Made by a program: the position numbers and the translations under genes. DNA of 64,000 bases from an uncultured Pseudomonadales bacterium (GTDB lineage: Bacteria; Patescibacteriota; Microgenomatia; UBA1400; CAYNMC01), in assembly GCA_964414895.1 (NCBI GenBank), contig CAYPXO010000001.1, positions 26,999 through 90,998 of the forward strand, read 5' to 3'. The notes below the pieces were generated by a model that had not been told where the DNA came from, searched no databases, and worked only from the letters and a program-made list of their open reading frames with translations. This document shows, piece by piece, positions 18,286 to 27,492 of the stretch (position 1 is its first letter; the number at the start of each line of letters is the position of its first letter).

Positions 18286-18879
18286 ATGACCGACCAAGAA
18301 AGCAAACCATTAAAAGAAATGTCCATGCCCGAACTTTGGCAGGAAGCCAAAAGACTCGGCATCTCGAAGGGGGGCAAGAAAGCCAAACTGATCGAGAGGA
18401 TACAAGCAGCCCAAGAGGAAGGAGGTGAAAACATGCCTAAAAGTAAATCAAAAGCAGCCAAATCAGGAAAACAGCCAAAAGAGCAGGTTTACATTTCCAA
18501 GTATCACGAGCTGAGACTGGTGAATAAATCCTCCTACAACAAGGAAGTTGGAGGCAGAGTGGTCACAGTCCCAGGCACAGCGATCCAATTCCATGAAGGA
18601 GTCTATAGGACAAGCGAACCAGGCGAAATTGAATTCCTAGACAGCCATCCTAACTTCGGAAACACTTTTACCAAAGTCGAAAGAAAAGACCAGAAGAAAG
18701 CCGTCGATGAAGTGATTGCAGAGCGCTACAAGGACTTAGAGCAGCGTGAGAAAGAAGTAGCAGCCAAAGAGGAAGCCTTAAAGAAAAAAGAAATGGCAGC
18801 CAAAGGGCAAGAGGAAGGCGCAGAAAAGCCAAAAACAGTCTCAGGAGTGCGCAGCACGGCTGACAAGCCGAAGTTTTAA
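18286..18879 (+). CDS. structural-module protein with N-terminal Rho-N/SAP-like domain
   Basis: MSMPELWQEAKRLGISKGGKKAKLIERI resembles the Rho N-terminal/SAP helix-extension-helix. Lys/Glu-rich C-terminus. Confidence 0.45.
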   Translation: MTDQESKPLKEMSMPELWQEAKRLGISKGGKKAKLIERIQAAQEEGGENMPKSKSKAAKSGKQPKEQVYISKYHELRLVNKSSYNKEVGGRVVTVPGTAIQFHEGVYRTSEPGEIEFLDSHPNFGNTFTKVERKDQKKAVDEVIAERYKDLEQREKEVAAKEEALKKKEMAAKGQEEGAEKPKTVSGVRSTADKPKF

Positions 18880-18897
18880 TTGAAAGGCTAAAAAACT

Positions 18898-19221
18898 ATG
18901 TCAAACGCAAGTAGACCAGATTTCATGACCAATGAAAAAGTCTGCACGCTGGATGTGAACAACGGCGGGGCTTGGAGTAATTACTACCTTCTAGTCGACG
19001 CCAACACATACAAGGCAGGCGAAGGATGTCCTGTGGTCGTGAGATCAAGAAAAACCAATACAGGGCTTATTTATGTCGCCAAAAATGTCTATGCCTCAAA
19101 GGTAGCACCATGCAGATTGTCGCCAGGAGAAGCAATCGAATTAAGAGTAAAGGATTTAAGCGGAATCTTAGTCGGCTCGGAAATAGCAGGAGATGTCGTC
19201 GACTGGATCGTTGAAACTTAA
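18898..19221 (+). CDS. hypothetical structural protein
   Basis: 107-aa ORF. Confidence 0.4.
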   Translation: MSNASRPDFMTNEKVCTLDVNNGGAWSNYYLLVDANTYKAGEGCPVVVRSRKTNTGLIYVAKNVYASKVAPCRLSPGEAIELRVKDLSGILVGSEIAGDVVDWIVET

Positions 19222-19233
19222 AAGGAAAAAACA

Positions 19234-19830
19234 ATGGCTAAATTAAGACCAGATAATAAACTCGAAAAAAGCCTTCTTCAAAAGCTGCTGGTGCTTATAA
19301 ACAGCGATGACGGCGAAGAAGATGCAGATACCACTTGGTATCCGAATGGCTTTGGTAGCAATCAAATTACAATCGGACACGACGGCACTGGCAGTTGCGA
19401 TGCGGGCTTAAGATTCCTGCGCTCAATAATTCCTAACAACGCCAAGATAGTCAAAGCGGTCTTAAGAGTAAAGGCAGCCGTCAACTCAACCAATCGACCA
19501 GTCTTTGTGATCAAGGGTATTAAAGAAGTTAGCCCGAACACATTTGCAGCAGACGGAAGCGATAGACCATCAACCAGAGCCAAAACAACGGCAACAGTCG
19601 CCTGGAGTCCAGGAGCAGACTGGGCAATCAACACCTGGTATGACAGCCCAGATATTAAAACGATCATCCAGGAGCTTATAGATCAGGCAGAATTTACAGG
19701 CAAGGCACTAGGTTTAGTCATCGAGGACAATGCCAGCCCAGCCAGCAATTACAACAACATTTGGGACTTTAATAGCGGACAAGCCAATGCAGTAAGGCTC
19801 ATCCTAACGATAGCACCGAATGTGCCTTAA
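19234..19830 (+). CDS. stand-alone copy of an unrecognised ~185-aa domain (DDGEED..TWYPNG..GHDG..C signature)
   Basis: Clear paralogy to three tandem domains in 21122..23710 (for example DDGEEDADTTWYPNGFGSNQITIGHDGTGSCDAGL versus DDGEEDYDTTWYPNGYSANRTTIGHDGSGSCDAGL). Confidence 0.55.
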   Translation: MAKLRPDNKLEKSLLQKLLVLINSDDGEEDADTTWYPNGFGSNQITIGHDGTGSCDAGLRFLRSIIPNNAKIVKAVLRVKAAVNSTNRPVFVIKGIKEVSPNTFAADGSDRPSTRAKTTATVAWSPGADWAINTWYDSPDIKTIIQELIDQAEFTGKALGLVIEDNASPASNYNNIWDFNSGQANAVRLILTIAPNVP

Positions 19831-19866
19831 AGTTAAAAGTTACGCCTGAAGGAGGTGAAAAAAGGA

Positions 19867-20151
19867 ATGCAAGAAAGCGACGCAGCATTACTAGAACAGA
19901 TTATAAAAGCCTTTGTTGACGAGCCAGAGAAGGTAGAAGTTGAGCGCAAAGTCGACGAAATGGGAGTGCTTCTTTTAGTCAGACTTGACGAAAAAGATGC
20001 AGGCTTGGTGATCGGAAAGGCAGGCAGCACGATAGCAGCGATCAGAAAGATCATGGGAGTGATCGGAATGAAGACCAACGCCAGATACAACATCAAACTG
20101 GATGTCCCAGAGCGAAAAGGGAGCGCAAGACCTCCCAGAAATAAAGTTTAA
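19867..20151 (+). CDS. KH-domain RNA-binding protein (KhpA-like)
   Basis: VIGKAGSTIAAIRKIMG matches the type-II KH GxxG loop. Start trimmed to the ATG at 19867, downstream of the GGAGGTGA SD. Confidence 0.55.
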   Translation: MQESDAALLEQIIKAFVDEPEKVEVERKVDEMGVLLLVRLDEKDAGLVIGKAGSTIAAIRKIMGVIGMKTNARYNIKLDVPERKGSARPPRNKV

Positions 20152-20161
20152 TTAAAAAATT

Positions 20162-20665
20162 ATGGCAGCAACAGTAAGAATCAACGAATACAACGGAGCA
20201 GGCGAAGTCGAAACTGTCAACATCGGCGACACCGATATGGGGGCAGTCGACCAAGCTAATCTCGATCCAGTCGCCAACCCCATCGTGCCTGGGGAAAACT
20301 CCTTTGAGAAATGGCAAAAGCTGGAAGTCACGGCAATGGGCGGATCTTCAAAAATCCACAACCTGAAGATTTGGAGAACAGGAGCTTTGGGAGGATCGGC
20401 AGTCCACCTAACCAATGCTAGAGAAGCAAGCTATGGAGGAGCAGAAACCTACGCTCAGCCAGTCGCTACAGACTCCACAGTCGCCACCCAAACCATGCCA
20501 TCAAGCGAACCATCAGGAGCAAACTTGGGGATCGGAGGGGCGCTGGCAGGCGAACTAACAGCCGTCGGCTACTCAGACTACCTGGTGCATCAGATTCAAA
20601 GCGACGCAGGCGATGTGGCAGGCTCAACCAGCACACTAAACTACCAATACGATGAGGTAGCTTAA
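20162..20665 (+). CDS. hypothetical structural protein
   Basis: 167-aa ORF. Confidence 0.4.
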   Translation: MAATVRINEYNGAGEVETVNIGDTDMGAVDQANLDPVANPIVPGENSFEKWQKLEVTAMGGSSKIHNLKIWRTGALGGSAVHLTNAREASYGGAETYAQPVATDSTVATQTMPSSEPSGANLGIGGALAGELTAVGYSDYLVHQIQSDAGDVAGSTSTLNYQYDEVA

Positions 20666-20705
20666 GTTAAAAAAAGCGCAATACAATGCGCCTTCGAGCA
20701 ATACA

Positions 20706-21125
20706 ATGCAAAAAAAAGATTTCATTTTCAAAAGACCAGAAACAGGCAAGACCGAGATCGTCAAGCGGGAACGCTGGCGATGGGTAGTGCATTATAAAGA
20801 CGGCACAAAACTTCACCAATTCGATGGCGAGGCGGGCATTTTTCACCAATTCAGAGAGATCGATCAAAGCAGAGTCGAGTCCTTCCAAATGGTCTCGGAC
20901 AAAAACCCAGAGGGCATCAACCTTTTAATTCCCCCAAACGGCGCAGACTTGATCCATTTTTACCGCAATGTAAGGCTGGCAGGCAGAAAAGATTGGATCA
21001 AACTATACTTCTTCGGCTGGAAAATCAAAGACCAAAGAGGCAGAAGCCTCCAAAAGCTAATTTGTATTTACCCCAACGACAAAATCGCATTGGTAGAAGA
21101 AGCAGAAGGAGGTGAGGCTGCGTGA
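20706..21125 (+). CDS. hypothetical protein
   Basis: 139-aa ORF overlapping the next start. Confidence 0.4.
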   Translation: MQKKDFIFKRPETGKTEIVKRERWRWVVHYKDGTKLHQFDGEAGIFHQFREIDQSRVESFQMVSDKNPEGINLLIPPNGADLIHFYRNVRLAGRKDWIKLYFFGWKIKDQRGRSLQKLICIYPNDKIALVEEAEGGEAA

Positions 21126-23710
21126 TTCTGGAGATTTTAATTAACACTGACGATGGCGAAGAAGACTACGATACAACTTGGTATCCCAACGGCTACTCCG
21201 CTAACCGAACCACAATCGGTCATGACGGCTCAGGAAGCTGCGATGCAGGCTTGTTATTTGATAATTCAGGTATTGCCGAGGCAGCCAGTGTCCTCAGTGC
21301 CAAAATAAGAGTAAAGTGCTCTGGCAACTCAACCAAAAGACCGACCCTGAAAATAAGAGGAATTCTGCAAGCCGACCCCGCAACCTGGGCGCAGGCAACC
21401 AGACCATCAACCAGACCCAAGACTACCGCATTTGTAGACTGGGATATAGCTGCAGACTGGGTGTTGAACACCTGGTATGAGTCCCCAGACATTACCGCCA
21501 TCATCCAAGAGATCGTCAACCAATCAGGCTTTGCAGGAGCAATCGCCCTAGTGATCGAGGACGACGGCAGTCCAAGCGGAGATTACGAGCTAATCTGGGA
21601 CTACAACAACGCTGCTGCCGATGCGCCAGAGTTGGTGGTAACTCTAGGATCAACAACAAAAATCCAGAAATCCCTCACCTATATTCTCGAACCGCAATTA
21701 GCCACGATCAATCTCCCAAAACAGCTTCAGTATGCGATTAACTCCACGCCTGCAGCGATTGAGAAAGAGCTGAGATATGTTATTTATCTGGGGGACACGA
21801 CGATCCAAAAAGCCCTTAAATACTGCATCAAAACCGAACCAGCAGCGATCACAAAATCCCTCAAGTATGCGATTAAAACTACCCCAGCAGCGAGCACAAA
21901 AGGATTACGATATTCAGTCATTCCCAACCTGCTGATCCAAAAAAGCCTGCAATATGCAATCAAGACAGAGCAGGTAATCCAGAAAATATTGCGATACTTT
22001 ATTAAGCCCGAAGAACCGCCAACAGAAAAGAGCAGAAATCAGGTCTTGAAAGTCGCCAGGATCGTCGCCGAGAATATCGATGATGGCAGAGAGGACAGCG
22101 ACAACAACTGGTATAAAGACGGCAACGCCAGCCACCTCATCACAATGGGCAACCTGGACGGCAAGACCCACACAGGAGCATTCCGCTTCCGCCATGTCGA
22201 CATCCCTCGCAATGCCAAGATATTCTTCGCCAGACTAAAACTGCGCTGCGCTTACACCGACGCCACTGACTTCACCACCAAACTAAGGATCAAGGGCATT
22301 AAAGAAGCCGATGTTAAACCATTTAGCAGCACCAACAAACCAAGCAGCAAAACAAAGACGGCAGACAGCGTCTCCTGGGAGATTTATAAAAAGTGGAACA
22401 TCAACGAGTGGGTGCAAACCCCTAACCTGCTTTTGATCGTGGAGGAGTTGGTGCGCCAGAGCCAGTGGAAGGCAGGCAATGCAATGGCGTTTGTGATTGA
22501 GGATGACGGCAGTGTAGCTGGCAACTCCAAAACCTGTTGGGACAGCTCAAGCGGGGTCGAGGATAAAGCCGAGCTGGAGATTTATTACTTTGATAAAGAA
22601 ATCAATGTCTCCTTCCTCCAGCTTAATGACCGAGACGGCGAAGAAGACTACAGAGATTTAGACCCACCAGACAACGCCTGGTATCCCGACGGCTGGGGCA
22701 ACAATCGAATCACCCTGGGAGACGACGGTGTGCATGAGCCAGAGTCGCCCAACGACGCAGGTTTTATCTTCTCCCCTGTTCAAATTCCTAAAGGAGCAAA
22801 AATCATCTCGGCTCGCATACTACTCACCGAAGATTCCCAAAACAATAACATGTGCAACTGGATTATAAAAGGATTCGCCGAAGACAATGCAGCTCCATTC
22901 AGTGGCGACGGCTCAAACCGCCCTTCAACCAGGACTAAAACCACTGCTAAAAAACAATGGTTTATAGGGCATGTGGAGGCAGGCATTTTACTCGGTGACC
23001 ACTGGACAGCCCAGAGCGTCTACGAATCACCAGAAATCAAGGAAATCATTCAGGAAATAGTGGATCGGGCAGGCTGGGTTGGAGACTCAAGCCAGAAGCT
23101 GGGCTTGGTGATTGAAAGCCACCACAGCCAGAGCGTCAAATACATCGTCGACTACAGCAAAGGAGGGGCAGGAAAATGGGCAGCGCAACTGATAATCGCC
23201 TGGCAATACATCAGGAGAACGACCACTGTTAAAAAGGATTTGGCAGCCTATGACAAAGCCAATTACCCAGAGTTTATTATCGTCCACCACTCAGCCACAG
23301 CCAGGGATACTACCCTATTTATTACCATCAAAAACGCCCATATAGGATATGGCTGGGAAGACATCGGCTACCACAAGTGGGTTTGTGGGGCAGCAGACGG
23401 AGATGGTATACTGAAACAAGGTAGACCAGACAACGAAATCGGAGCGCATTGCGACGACAACAAGATGAACTATCGCTCCATCGGAGCGTGTGTATGCGGA
23501 GACTTCCACTCGACAGGACTGAATGAAACCCCGACAGCAGCACAGTTAGCCACACTACAGCAACTCCTCGACGACACTCGAAAGCAGCGAGGTATTCCCA
23601 AAGAAAGAGTATTAGGACACGGCGAAGTTCCTGGTGCAGCCACCGACTGCCCAGGAGATAACCTGTTGCCTTATATCGTTAATTACCGAAACACAGGTAG
23701 TTTGACCTGA
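21122..23710 (+). CDS. virion-associated lysin or receptor-binding protein: three copies of the unrecognised ~185-aa domain, short tandem peptide repeats and a C-terminal amidase_2 (PGRP-type) N-acetylmuramoyl-L-alanine amidase
   Basis: The three domain copies lie at about 21122-21660, 22060-22600 and 22610-23200. The repeats xKxLxYxIKTxPAAx lie at 21660-22020. The amidase_2 region (23260-23700) carries VHHSAT, GYHKW, GAHC and TDCPGDN zinc-ligand motifs. Confidence 0.65.
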   Translation: MILEILINTDDGEEDYDTTWYPNGYSANRTTIGHDGSGSCDAGLLFDNSGIAEAASVLSAKIRVKCSGNSTKRPTLKIRGILQADPATWAQATRPSTRPKTTAFVDWDIAADWVLNTWYESPDITAIIQEIVNQSGFAGAIALVIEDDGSPSGDYELIWDYNNAAADAPELVVTLGSTTKIQKSLTYILEPQLATINLPKQLQYAINSTPAAIEKELRYVIYLGDTTIQKALKYCIKTEPAAITKSLKYAIKTTPAASTKGLRYSVIPNLLIQKSLQYAIKTEQVIQKILRYFIKPEEPPTEKSRNQVLKVARIVAENIDDGREDSDNNWYKDGNASHLITMGNLDGKTHTGAFRFRHVDIPRNAKIFFARLKLRCAYTDATDFTTKLRIKGIKEADVKPFSSTNKPSSKTKTADSVSWEIYKKWNINEWVQTPNLLLIVEELVRQSQWKAGNAMAFVIEDDGSVAGNSKTCWDSSSGVEDKAELEIYYFDKEINVSFLQLNDRDGEEDYRDLDPPDNAWYPDGWGNNRITLGDDGVHEPESPNDAGFIFSPVQIPKGAKIISARILLTEDSQNNNMCNWIIKGFAEDNAAPFSGDGSNRPSTRTKTTAKKQWFIGHVEAGILLGDHWTAQSVYESPEIKEIIQEIVDRAGWVGDSSQKLGLVIESHHSQSVKYIVDYSKGGAGKWAAQLIIAWQYIRRTTTVKKDLAAYDKANYPEFIIVHHSATARDTTLFITIKNAHIGYGWEDIGYHKWVCGAADGDGILKQGRPDNEIGAHCDDNKMNYRSIGACVCGDFHSTGLNETPTAAQLATLQQLLDDTRKQRGIPKERVLGHGEVPGAATDCPGDNLLPYIVNYRNTGSLT

Positions 23711-23724
23711 GAGGAGGTGAAAAT

Positions 23725-24408
23725 ATGCAATTTCAAGAATTTTTACAAGACCTAGACGCCAGAATCGCAGCCAGCAAAGTCACAGGCTTCTGGAAACCTG
23801 AAAACAAAGAGCGCTGGATTAACAAATCGGTGGTAAGAGCCTGCAATTATGCACGCTGGAAATTCCTCAGTAAGCACGCCACTCAAGCAATCGAGCTGGA
23901 GAGCGGAGAGATAAAAGAAAATTACTACCTTCCCTTTGACTACAAACCAGGCGGGATGATTTTAATCAAGGTCTATGACCCCGTCACCGAAAAGAGCCTA
24001 AAACACTTCAAGATCGACAACGACAGTTATCACTCAAAAGCCTACGAATACACCAGGGTTTATACCATCGTGGGAGACGAATACTTCCTCAACCTGCAAG
24101 AACTAGCCGAAGACTCAGGGCTGGCAGCCTCCGAAATGGAAGGCAAGATAATCGACCTTTATTACAAAAGACGCCCAGTGAAGCTGGTCGAGCCAACTGA
24201 TGAGCCAATCACCCCAGAAGAAATGGACGAGCCGATTATCAAGTTTGCTTTTTCAATCTGCCTTTCAAAGACGCCAGGAAGGGCAAAAGAAGCGGTCAAG
24301 GAAATCCAGGAAGCCAACTCGATGCTGCAGCAGATCAAGGACAGAGAGGAGGAAGAACCGCAGGCGGTGTTTAAGGGGCAGGCAACGAGCATGCGTTGGC
24401 AAAGGTAA
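23725..24408 (+). CDS. hypothetical structural protein
   Basis: 227-aa ORF preceded by GAGAGGAGGTGAAAA SD. Confidence 0.45.
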   Translation: MQFQEFLQDLDARIAASKVTGFWKPENKERWINKSVVRACNYARWKFLSKHATQAIELESGEIKENYYLPFDYKPGGMILIKVYDPVTEKSLKHFKIDNDSYHSKAYEYTRVYTIVGDEYFLNLQELAEDSGLAASEMEGKIIDLYYKRRPVKLVEPTDEPITPEEMDEPIIKFAFSICLSKTPGRAKEAVKEIQEANSMLQQIKDREEEEPQAVFKGQATSMRWQR

Positions 24409-24461
24409 GCCCGTCAGATCGATTCTGTGGGGTTTGAGAAGGCAAGGTGGGCTGGTAAACC

Positions 24462-25937
24462 TTGAAATTGCATAAAAATATGACATTAAACGCCTATCGA
24501 ATACAAGGATTCCGAGGAGGGATCGCCGACGATCCCTACAAAGGAGTGCGGGAAGCATTCAGATTCGGCTATGGGCTAAACATCAGAGGAGAAGAAAACA
24601 CCTTAAAATGCAACCAGGCACTTAAAAAAGACTCGCTAACCACAGTCACTGACCTGATTTTATTCTTCGTCCCCGCCTCAAACGGACAGCTTTATGGCTT
24701 CGGTGATACAGGAAAGATTTATAGAAAAGCCACTCCAACCTCAGCATGGGAATTGGTGTATACAGACGCCAATGGCAAGATCACAGGCGCAGCCGAATAC
24801 ACCAACAACAACGGCGCAGACAGCTATGTCCCCTACCTTTACTGGATAACCGAAACCAAAGCCTCAAGAATTTTACTGAGTAAAGCCGATGAGAATAACT
24901 GGGCAACTGATGTCGAACACAACTGGCAATCCTTAAATGGCGATCCCTCCTGGCACACGGCAGTCGAAGCTCTGGGCGTGCTTTTAATCTGCGACGCCCA
25001 GAACCTGGCAATGGTTGACTATGAGGGAGGCTTCAACCTCGAAGCCTTGGATGTTCCCAAAGGACACCGCCACAAAGCCCTGCTGGGGCAAGATCAGCTC
25101 GTTTTAATCGGCTCGCACAAAGGAGACAAAGTAGAGCAAGGCTGGCTGTGGACATGGGATAAAATCCAGCCCTCCTGGATTCAAAGACGAATGGTAGCAG
25201 AGCGTGGTGTCAACGCCATGCTTCAAGGGGAATTCCTAACGATCCAAGCAGGCATCAAAGGGGCGCTTTATTACTGGGACACGGCAACCCTAATGAGAAT
25301 TAAGAAATTCCCAGGAGAATACGGCTGGGTTAACCCAGGAGCGGTCTGCAACTTCGGCGGGCTTCCGCTCTACGGACTAAACGGCTCAGACAAATGCGGG
25401 ATTTATTCTTACGGCAGGCTGACCAAAAACGATCCCTACGCCCTAAATCTCGAATATATCCCTTCACACGGCAAGATGGACAATGTCCTAATCGGAGCGA
25501 TAACAGTTTATGGCGACCAGCCTTACATCTCCACGAAGGACGGCACAACCTTTGGTGTCGAGACTATCGATGAAGCCAACAAAGCCGAGGCTAGATTTGA
25601 AGGTTTAGTGTTTGATGGCGGGGAGAGCTTCACTCAAAAAGGATTCCGACACATCAAACTGGTAACCAAACCCCTTCCAGCCGACTGCAGTATCGAAGTT
25701 TTTTACAAGGTTAATCAGGAAGCAGATTGGCAAACCGCCACCATGCAAGACGGCGCAGAGCAATTCGATAAGGTCGGGCAAACAAAAGCGATTTTCACCA
25801 TTGAAACAGGCGGAGACGAAGACAACCCAGGTGAAGGCGAAGAATACGAACTTGCCATGAGCCTGCATCCAAACGGCAACAACACACCAGAAATTATCTC
25901 GGCAACAACTTATTTTGAGCCATTAGGAATTTTATAA
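24462..25937 (+). CDS. hypothetical tail/baseplate-like protein
   Basis: 491-aa ORF. The true start may be the ATG at 24480. Confidence 0.45.
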   Translation: MKLHKNMTLNAYRIQGFRGGIADDPYKGVREAFRFGYGLNIRGEENTLKCNQALKKDSLTTVTDLILFFVPASNGQLYGFGDTGKIYRKATPTSAWELVYTDANGKITGAAEYTNNNGADSYVPYLYWITETKASRILLSKADENNWATDVEHNWQSLNGDPSWHTAVEALGVLLICDAQNLAMVDYEGGFNLEALDVPKGHRHKALLGQDQLVLIGSHKGDKVEQGWLWTWDKIQPSWIQRRMVAERGVNAMLQGEFLTIQAGIKGALYYWDTATLMRIKKFPGEYGWVNPGAVCNFGGLPLYGLNGSDKCGIYSYGRLTKNDPYALNLEYIPSHGKMDNVLIGAITVYGDQPYISTKDGTTFGVETIDEANKAEARFEGLVFDGGESFTQKGFRHIKLVTKPLPADCSIEVFYKVNQEADWQTATMQDGAEQFDKVGQTKAIFTIETGGDEDNPGEGEEYELAMSLHPNGNNTPEIISATTYFEPLGIL

Positions 25938-25941
25938 AACT

Positions 25942-27273
25942 ATGTCACTAACAGATCAAATCAAAAAGATATTCACTAACAGGGAGGTCGTAGACCAGCC
26001 CTTCCCTGAAGTGCAGGCGCACACTCACAACGGCATGGACTCCCTCCCCCTTGCACCGCAGTCGGTAGGCAGCAGCCAGCTCAAAGAAAATGCTGTCGGT
26101 GATGGTAATTTAATGGACTTGTCAGTGACTGAGGAGAAGCTGGCAGCAGCAGCCGTAGCCACCAGCAAAATAAAAGATGATGCGGTGACGGCAGCCAAAG
26201 TGTGGAAGGGCGGGGCTGTAATTACCCTCTCCGCCCAGATTGAAGAAGCGGTAATTATAACCGCCCACATTCAAGACCTGGCGGTGAAATGGGCAAAAAT
26301 CGGCAACCTTGAAGTCGGCAATAGCAAGATCATGGAGGCTGCAATCAGCAGAGCGAAAATCCAAGACCTAGCAGTCGACAACAGCAAAATAGAAAACGCC
26401 ACCATCACCAACGGAAAAATCGGTGAATTGCAGGTCGGCAATTCCAGGATTATGAACGCAGCCATCAGCACCGCTAAAATTCAAGACCTGGCGGTAGGCT
26501 GGGCAGAGATAGCAAATGCAGCCGTAGGAAACAGTAAGATCATGAACGCAGCCATCTCGACAGCCAAGATTCAAGACCTGGCAGTGACCAACGCCGAGAT
26601 CTCCTGGCTCAACGCAGGCAAAGTAACTGCAGGATCAATGTCAGCCGAGAGAATCTACGGCGGGATAATTTACTTAAATTCGGTTCAGGTTAATGTTTGC
26701 GGATCAGAAGCAGTTAATGTAGCAGGCAACATCTGGAAGACAGGCTGGTGCAGTTTTGTCATCAATCACCCACTTAAACCAGGACGCAAGCTGATTTATA
26801 CAGGTATAGAGTCACCAGAAGTGCTGCTCGCCCATAGAGGCTCAAACAAGCTAAGCAATGGAGAAAAAAGAATCGACCTACCAGATCACTTCCAAGCAGT
26901 CAGCGATGCCAGAAAAATAACCGCCTATGTGACCCCCAGGAGCGATTGTAAGGGCTTGTTTGTCAGTGAAGCGACCAAGAGCCATATCACAGTCAAAGAA
27001 AACGGCGGAGGCAACTCAAACAGCGACTTTGATTACATCATTTTCACCATCAGAAAAGGAGCGTTTGATTATGATTTTGAACCCGAAGGTGAGCTACTTA
27101 TCAAAGAAAAAGACGAAACCGAGGAGTCATTCAAAAAGAGATATTTTGATCATCGAGTCAAGCAGATCAGAGAAGCAGGCGGGGCGGATGTCAAAAAAAG
27201 AGTGACTGAATTTACCAGAGCCTGGCAGACCACGCCTGGCGTAGTAAAGGAGCAACATGTTCAAAAAAACTAA
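25942..27273 (+). CDS. tail fiber-like protein with internal tandem repeats
   Basis: Repeated 11-aa units (NSKIM(E/N)AAIS(R/T)AKIQDLAV...) typical of beta-helix fiber shafts; the DNA repeats lie at about 26280-26600. Confidence 0.5.
   Translation: MSLTDQIKKIFTNREVVDQPFPEVQAHTHNGMDSLPLAPQSVGSSQLKENAVGDGNLMDLSVTEEKLAAAAVATSKIKDDAVTAAKVWKGGAVITLSAQIEEAVIITAHIQDLAVKWAKIGNLEVGNSKIMEAAISRAKIQDLAVDNSKIENATITNGKIGELQVGNSRIMNAAISTAKIQDLAVGWAEIANAAVGNSKIMNAAISTAKIQDLAVTNAEISWLNAGKVTAGSMSAERIYGGIIYLNSVQVNVCGSEAVNVAGNIWKTGWCSFVINHPLKPGRKLIYTGIESPEVLLAHRGSNKLSNGEKRIDLPDHFQAVSDARKITAYVTPRSDCKGLFVSEATKSHITVKENGGGNSNSDFDYIIFTIRKGAFDYDFEPEGELLIKEKDETEESFKKRYFDHRVKQIREAGGADVKKRVTEFTRAWQTTPGVVKEQHVQKN
26280..26600 (+). 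repeat. imperfect in-frame tandem repeats inside the fiber gene
   Basis: Recurring ATTCAAGACCTGGCGGT / ATCATGAACGCAGCCATC blocks at about 96-nt periodicity. Confidence 0.5.
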
Positions 27274-27490
27274 AAAACTAACCAAAGAAGACCTGGCAGA
27301 GTTAAAAGAAAAAGACAAGTTGGTGAGGCAACACATCGCCATCAGCCAGGCTTTAGAAGCCCAGAAAAATGTCTGGCTGGTGAGCCTATTTTCAAAATAT
27401 GGCTTAGACGGCAATAAAGAGTGGAGCTTTAACTTAATCACAGGCGAAATTACTGAAAAAAAACAACCACAGAAAGGAGGTGAGAAATAA
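27257..27490 (+). CDS. hypothetical protein
   Basis: 77-aa ORF overlapping the fiber stop. Confidence 0.4.
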   Translation: MFKKTKKLTKEDLAELKEKDKLVRQHIAISQALEAQKNVWLVSLFSKYGLDGNKEWSFNLITGEITEKKQPQKGGEK

Positions 27491-27492
27491 AC

